Source of the DNA: Podarcis tiliguerta
Lineage: Eukaryota
DNA length: 64,000 bases
Reading direction: 5' to 3' (one strand)
NCBI GenBank assembly: GCA_965153285.1
Contig: OZ229114.1
Shown here piece by piece: positions 61,626 to 64,000 of this stretch. A program made the position numbers and the translations under genes. The number at the start of each line of letters is the position of its first letter. Positions within the stretch are counted from its first letter, which is position 1. A model generated the notes under the pieces. It searched no databases. It saw nothing but the letters and a program-made list of their open reading frames with translations, and had not been told where the DNA came from.

Positions 61626-62482
61626 ACAGAAATCCAGCCCAAAGCCCAAGGAACCAGCAGCGTCCGAATGGACTTGGAAATCGAATTGCAGATTCAAGGT
61701 ATCCTGCCACAAGGATGCACCACTGAACTCCCTAAGGAATTCAAGCCACATCTGCAGGTCTGCCGTGACTTCACTGGGCAACCAGACCCGGCGATGGGGT
61801 GAGCGCAGGCCAGCTGACAGTATTGCTAATCGTGCACAAAAGGGGTGACCAGGCGCCACCACCCTGCACGCGAAATTCAAATGGGCCAACAGGAACTGAA
61901 TCTGCCTCAAGGTAACTTTCTCCCTTGGCAAGAATTCCATAAGGATGTCATGCAAAGCCATCAACTTTACTTCAGGCAGAGCGGAAGGTAATGCCACCAT
62001 ATCCAACTGAATCCGGAGGTAAGACAACCTTGAGACTGGGCCTTCAGTTTTATCAGCCGCTAAGGGAACCCCTAACTCCTGAGCTAGGTCATTAAAAGCC
62101 TGCAAAAGCAGCAGGCATTCCTCCGAATTGGCTGCAGAACTTAATAAAAAATCATCGAGGTAACGGGTCACGCCCATAAAACCTGTCGTGGTACGCAAAG
62201 CCCAGTCCAAAAATGTACTGAAGGCCTCAAAAACTGTGCAGGATATAGAGCAGCCCATAGGCATAGCCTTATCCACATAATGACCTCCATCCAACTGGAA
62301 CCCCAACAACTTAAAGTCATGTGGATGAACAGGAAGTAAACGGAAGGCAGCTTCTACATCGCACTTTGCCAAAAGTGCACCCTTCCTGAAACTCCTGATC
62401 AATTTGAACGCTTGGTCAAAGGTGGCATACTTAACAGAACACAACTCAGGAGGGATAGCATCATTTACTGATGAACCCAGCG
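61540..62482 (-). repeat. Inverted near-identical copy of 33708-34650 (Ngaro RT plus gag insert), ending at the assembly gap
   Basis: Only about 3 substitutions noticed over ~940 bp. Confidence 0.92.
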
Positions 62483-62682
62483 NNNNNNNNNNNNNNNNNN
62501 NNNNNNNNNNNNNNNNNNNNNNNNNNNNNNNNNNNNNNNNNNNNNNNNNNNNNNNNNNNNNNNNNNNNNNNNNNNNNNNNNNNNNNNNNNNNNNNNNNNN
62601 NNNNNNNNNNNNNNNNNNNNNNNNNNNNNNNNNNNNNNNNNNNNNNNNNNNNNNNNNNNNNNNNNNNNNNNNNNNNNNNNNN
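62483..62682. other. Assembly gap (200 N)
   Basis: N run. Confidence 1.
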
Positions 62683-64000
62683 TGGAAAGAAAAAAGGAGA
62701 GGATTGGCAAACTTTTGCAACTGAAGTGAATGGAAAATAAATAGAGTAAACTGTTGCTAAATGTCGCTAAATGTTGCCTGTCTGTGAACTGGGATTGTTA
62801 CATCGTTACAGTGGATGGAAAATTCCGACCAGATGGTAGATAAGAGGCTTTGAAGTGACCTTGAGGGGCAGCAGACAATACTGGGAAAATAAGCTAGAGG
62901 ACATGGCCGAAAGAATAACAGCTCTGTTGGATGACATTCTAAATAAAGTGAGCACTATTGAACAGGGTGTCTCTGATCTGAGGAAAAATGTACTGACTTT
63001 GGTACAGAATTGGAACAACCTAACAAGTGTGGCTCGAGAAAAGGAACCAAATTTACAAAGTCAAGCACTGGAGAAGAGGATGAAACAATCAAAACCGGAT
63101 CTGATTTTGCAAGAGGATTTTTATGTGGAAGCCTCAGTAATAGAACCTCAAATTGATGGAGACAAATTTGAGTCTGAGGACACTGAGGCTGAAGGACAGA
63201 GTTGGAAAGGCAGTGGCCCTTGTGGATTGAGTGATGCAAGATGGATGAATAATACGCTGGAGGGTGATACTGCGGGAAAGTTTGGAAGGATGGACAATTG
63301 CAATCCCAAAGAGACTGTGGAGTACGCTTTGGAATACTTTTTGGTTTATGAACTGAAATATGAAGTTTGGGCAAGCGTGCTGAAGAGAATTAAAGAAGAC
63401 GTTGGGAAAGAAGCTCTTTGGGACTTAACTTTAGGCCGGAAAAGAAATTTGCAGGCAGTCCAGGGAGACGATTTGAGAGCCTCGGACATAAGGGAACCGT
63501 GTTAGGGAATTAATTTTGACAGAAAAGACTGATAAAATTGGTAAAAAAGACTGGCAGCACCCGACACCAGGGGGATGAGATGGTGGGGAAAATTGGGAAT
63601 TTTAAAAAATAGTGTCCATATAACATGGTATGATTAAGAACAATTGGGAGGTGGTGGAATGATTTTATTTGGCTTTAGTGGAAACAACATAAAGATATAA
63701 GATATTAAGGTATAAAGGTATATGATTTTAAAGTATAAGATTTAAGGTTTTTTTGCTTTTTTTTCTTTTTTCTTTTTAACTAGGGAATTGGAGTTTAGAT
63801 AATTTCTTTTTAGATGCTTACTTAAATTGTGGTGTTGATAAGAGAATAAGATATAAATGGATTAAGGTAAATATGTGAGTAAGCAGTAAAAGATGGAAAG
63901 AATTTGCTGATTTGATTAAATAACTGGAATACAGAAGGGGAGGTGGGAGGAGGCCGAGGAAATAAGATATTGAAAAATAGATGTTGAAGGATGGAGATTT
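62683..64000 (+). mobile_element. Probable L1 3' region containing a 200-codon ORF (ATG 62903 to 63505)
   Basis: A-rich sense strand; L1 ORF2-end-like WKEKRRGLANFCN* upstream; 3'-UTR-like tail. Confidence 0.5.

Noticed and set aside
61596-62720. 374-aa ORF spanning the gap
   Set aside because: Artefact of the N run; the real part duplicates 33708-34590

Overview
Vertebrate nuclear DNA, very probably a lacertid-type lizard (Sauria/Squam1 and Squam3 SINEs, BovB, L2, CR1, L1, hAT and pogo/Tigger MITEs). The only clearly intact cellular CDS is a single-exon class A GPCR on the minus strand (6077-6985), with a truncated tandem copy of its 3' end. Scattered minus-strand remnants suggest a heavily decayed RasGEF (CDC25-domain) gene around it. 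The rest is transposon-rich. It includes a near full-length tyrosine-recombinase (Ngaro/DIRS-type) retrotransposon with an SGNH-hydrolase ORF and a multi-stem structured 3' end (31.1-37.0 kb), several solo Gypsy-type LTRs with 5-bp TSDs, and a nested Gypsy > L1 > chromovirus stack (54.4-61.6 kb). An inverted DIRS/gag junction next to an assembly gap points to a ~27-kb inversion or a mis-assembly. Two candidates stand out. (1) A chromovirus integrase carries an acidic C-terminal tail with two perfect [DE]-x-E-x-F-x-G-F motifs (LEDGF/TND-binding IBM/TIM consensus), a possible integration-targeting mechanism. (2) Several different LTRs each carry a sense-strand acidic/Ser-rich reading frame, three of them ending basic then W/CW, and one of these is an intact 198-codon ORF. 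All family assignments come from motif recognition by eye, not from database searches.
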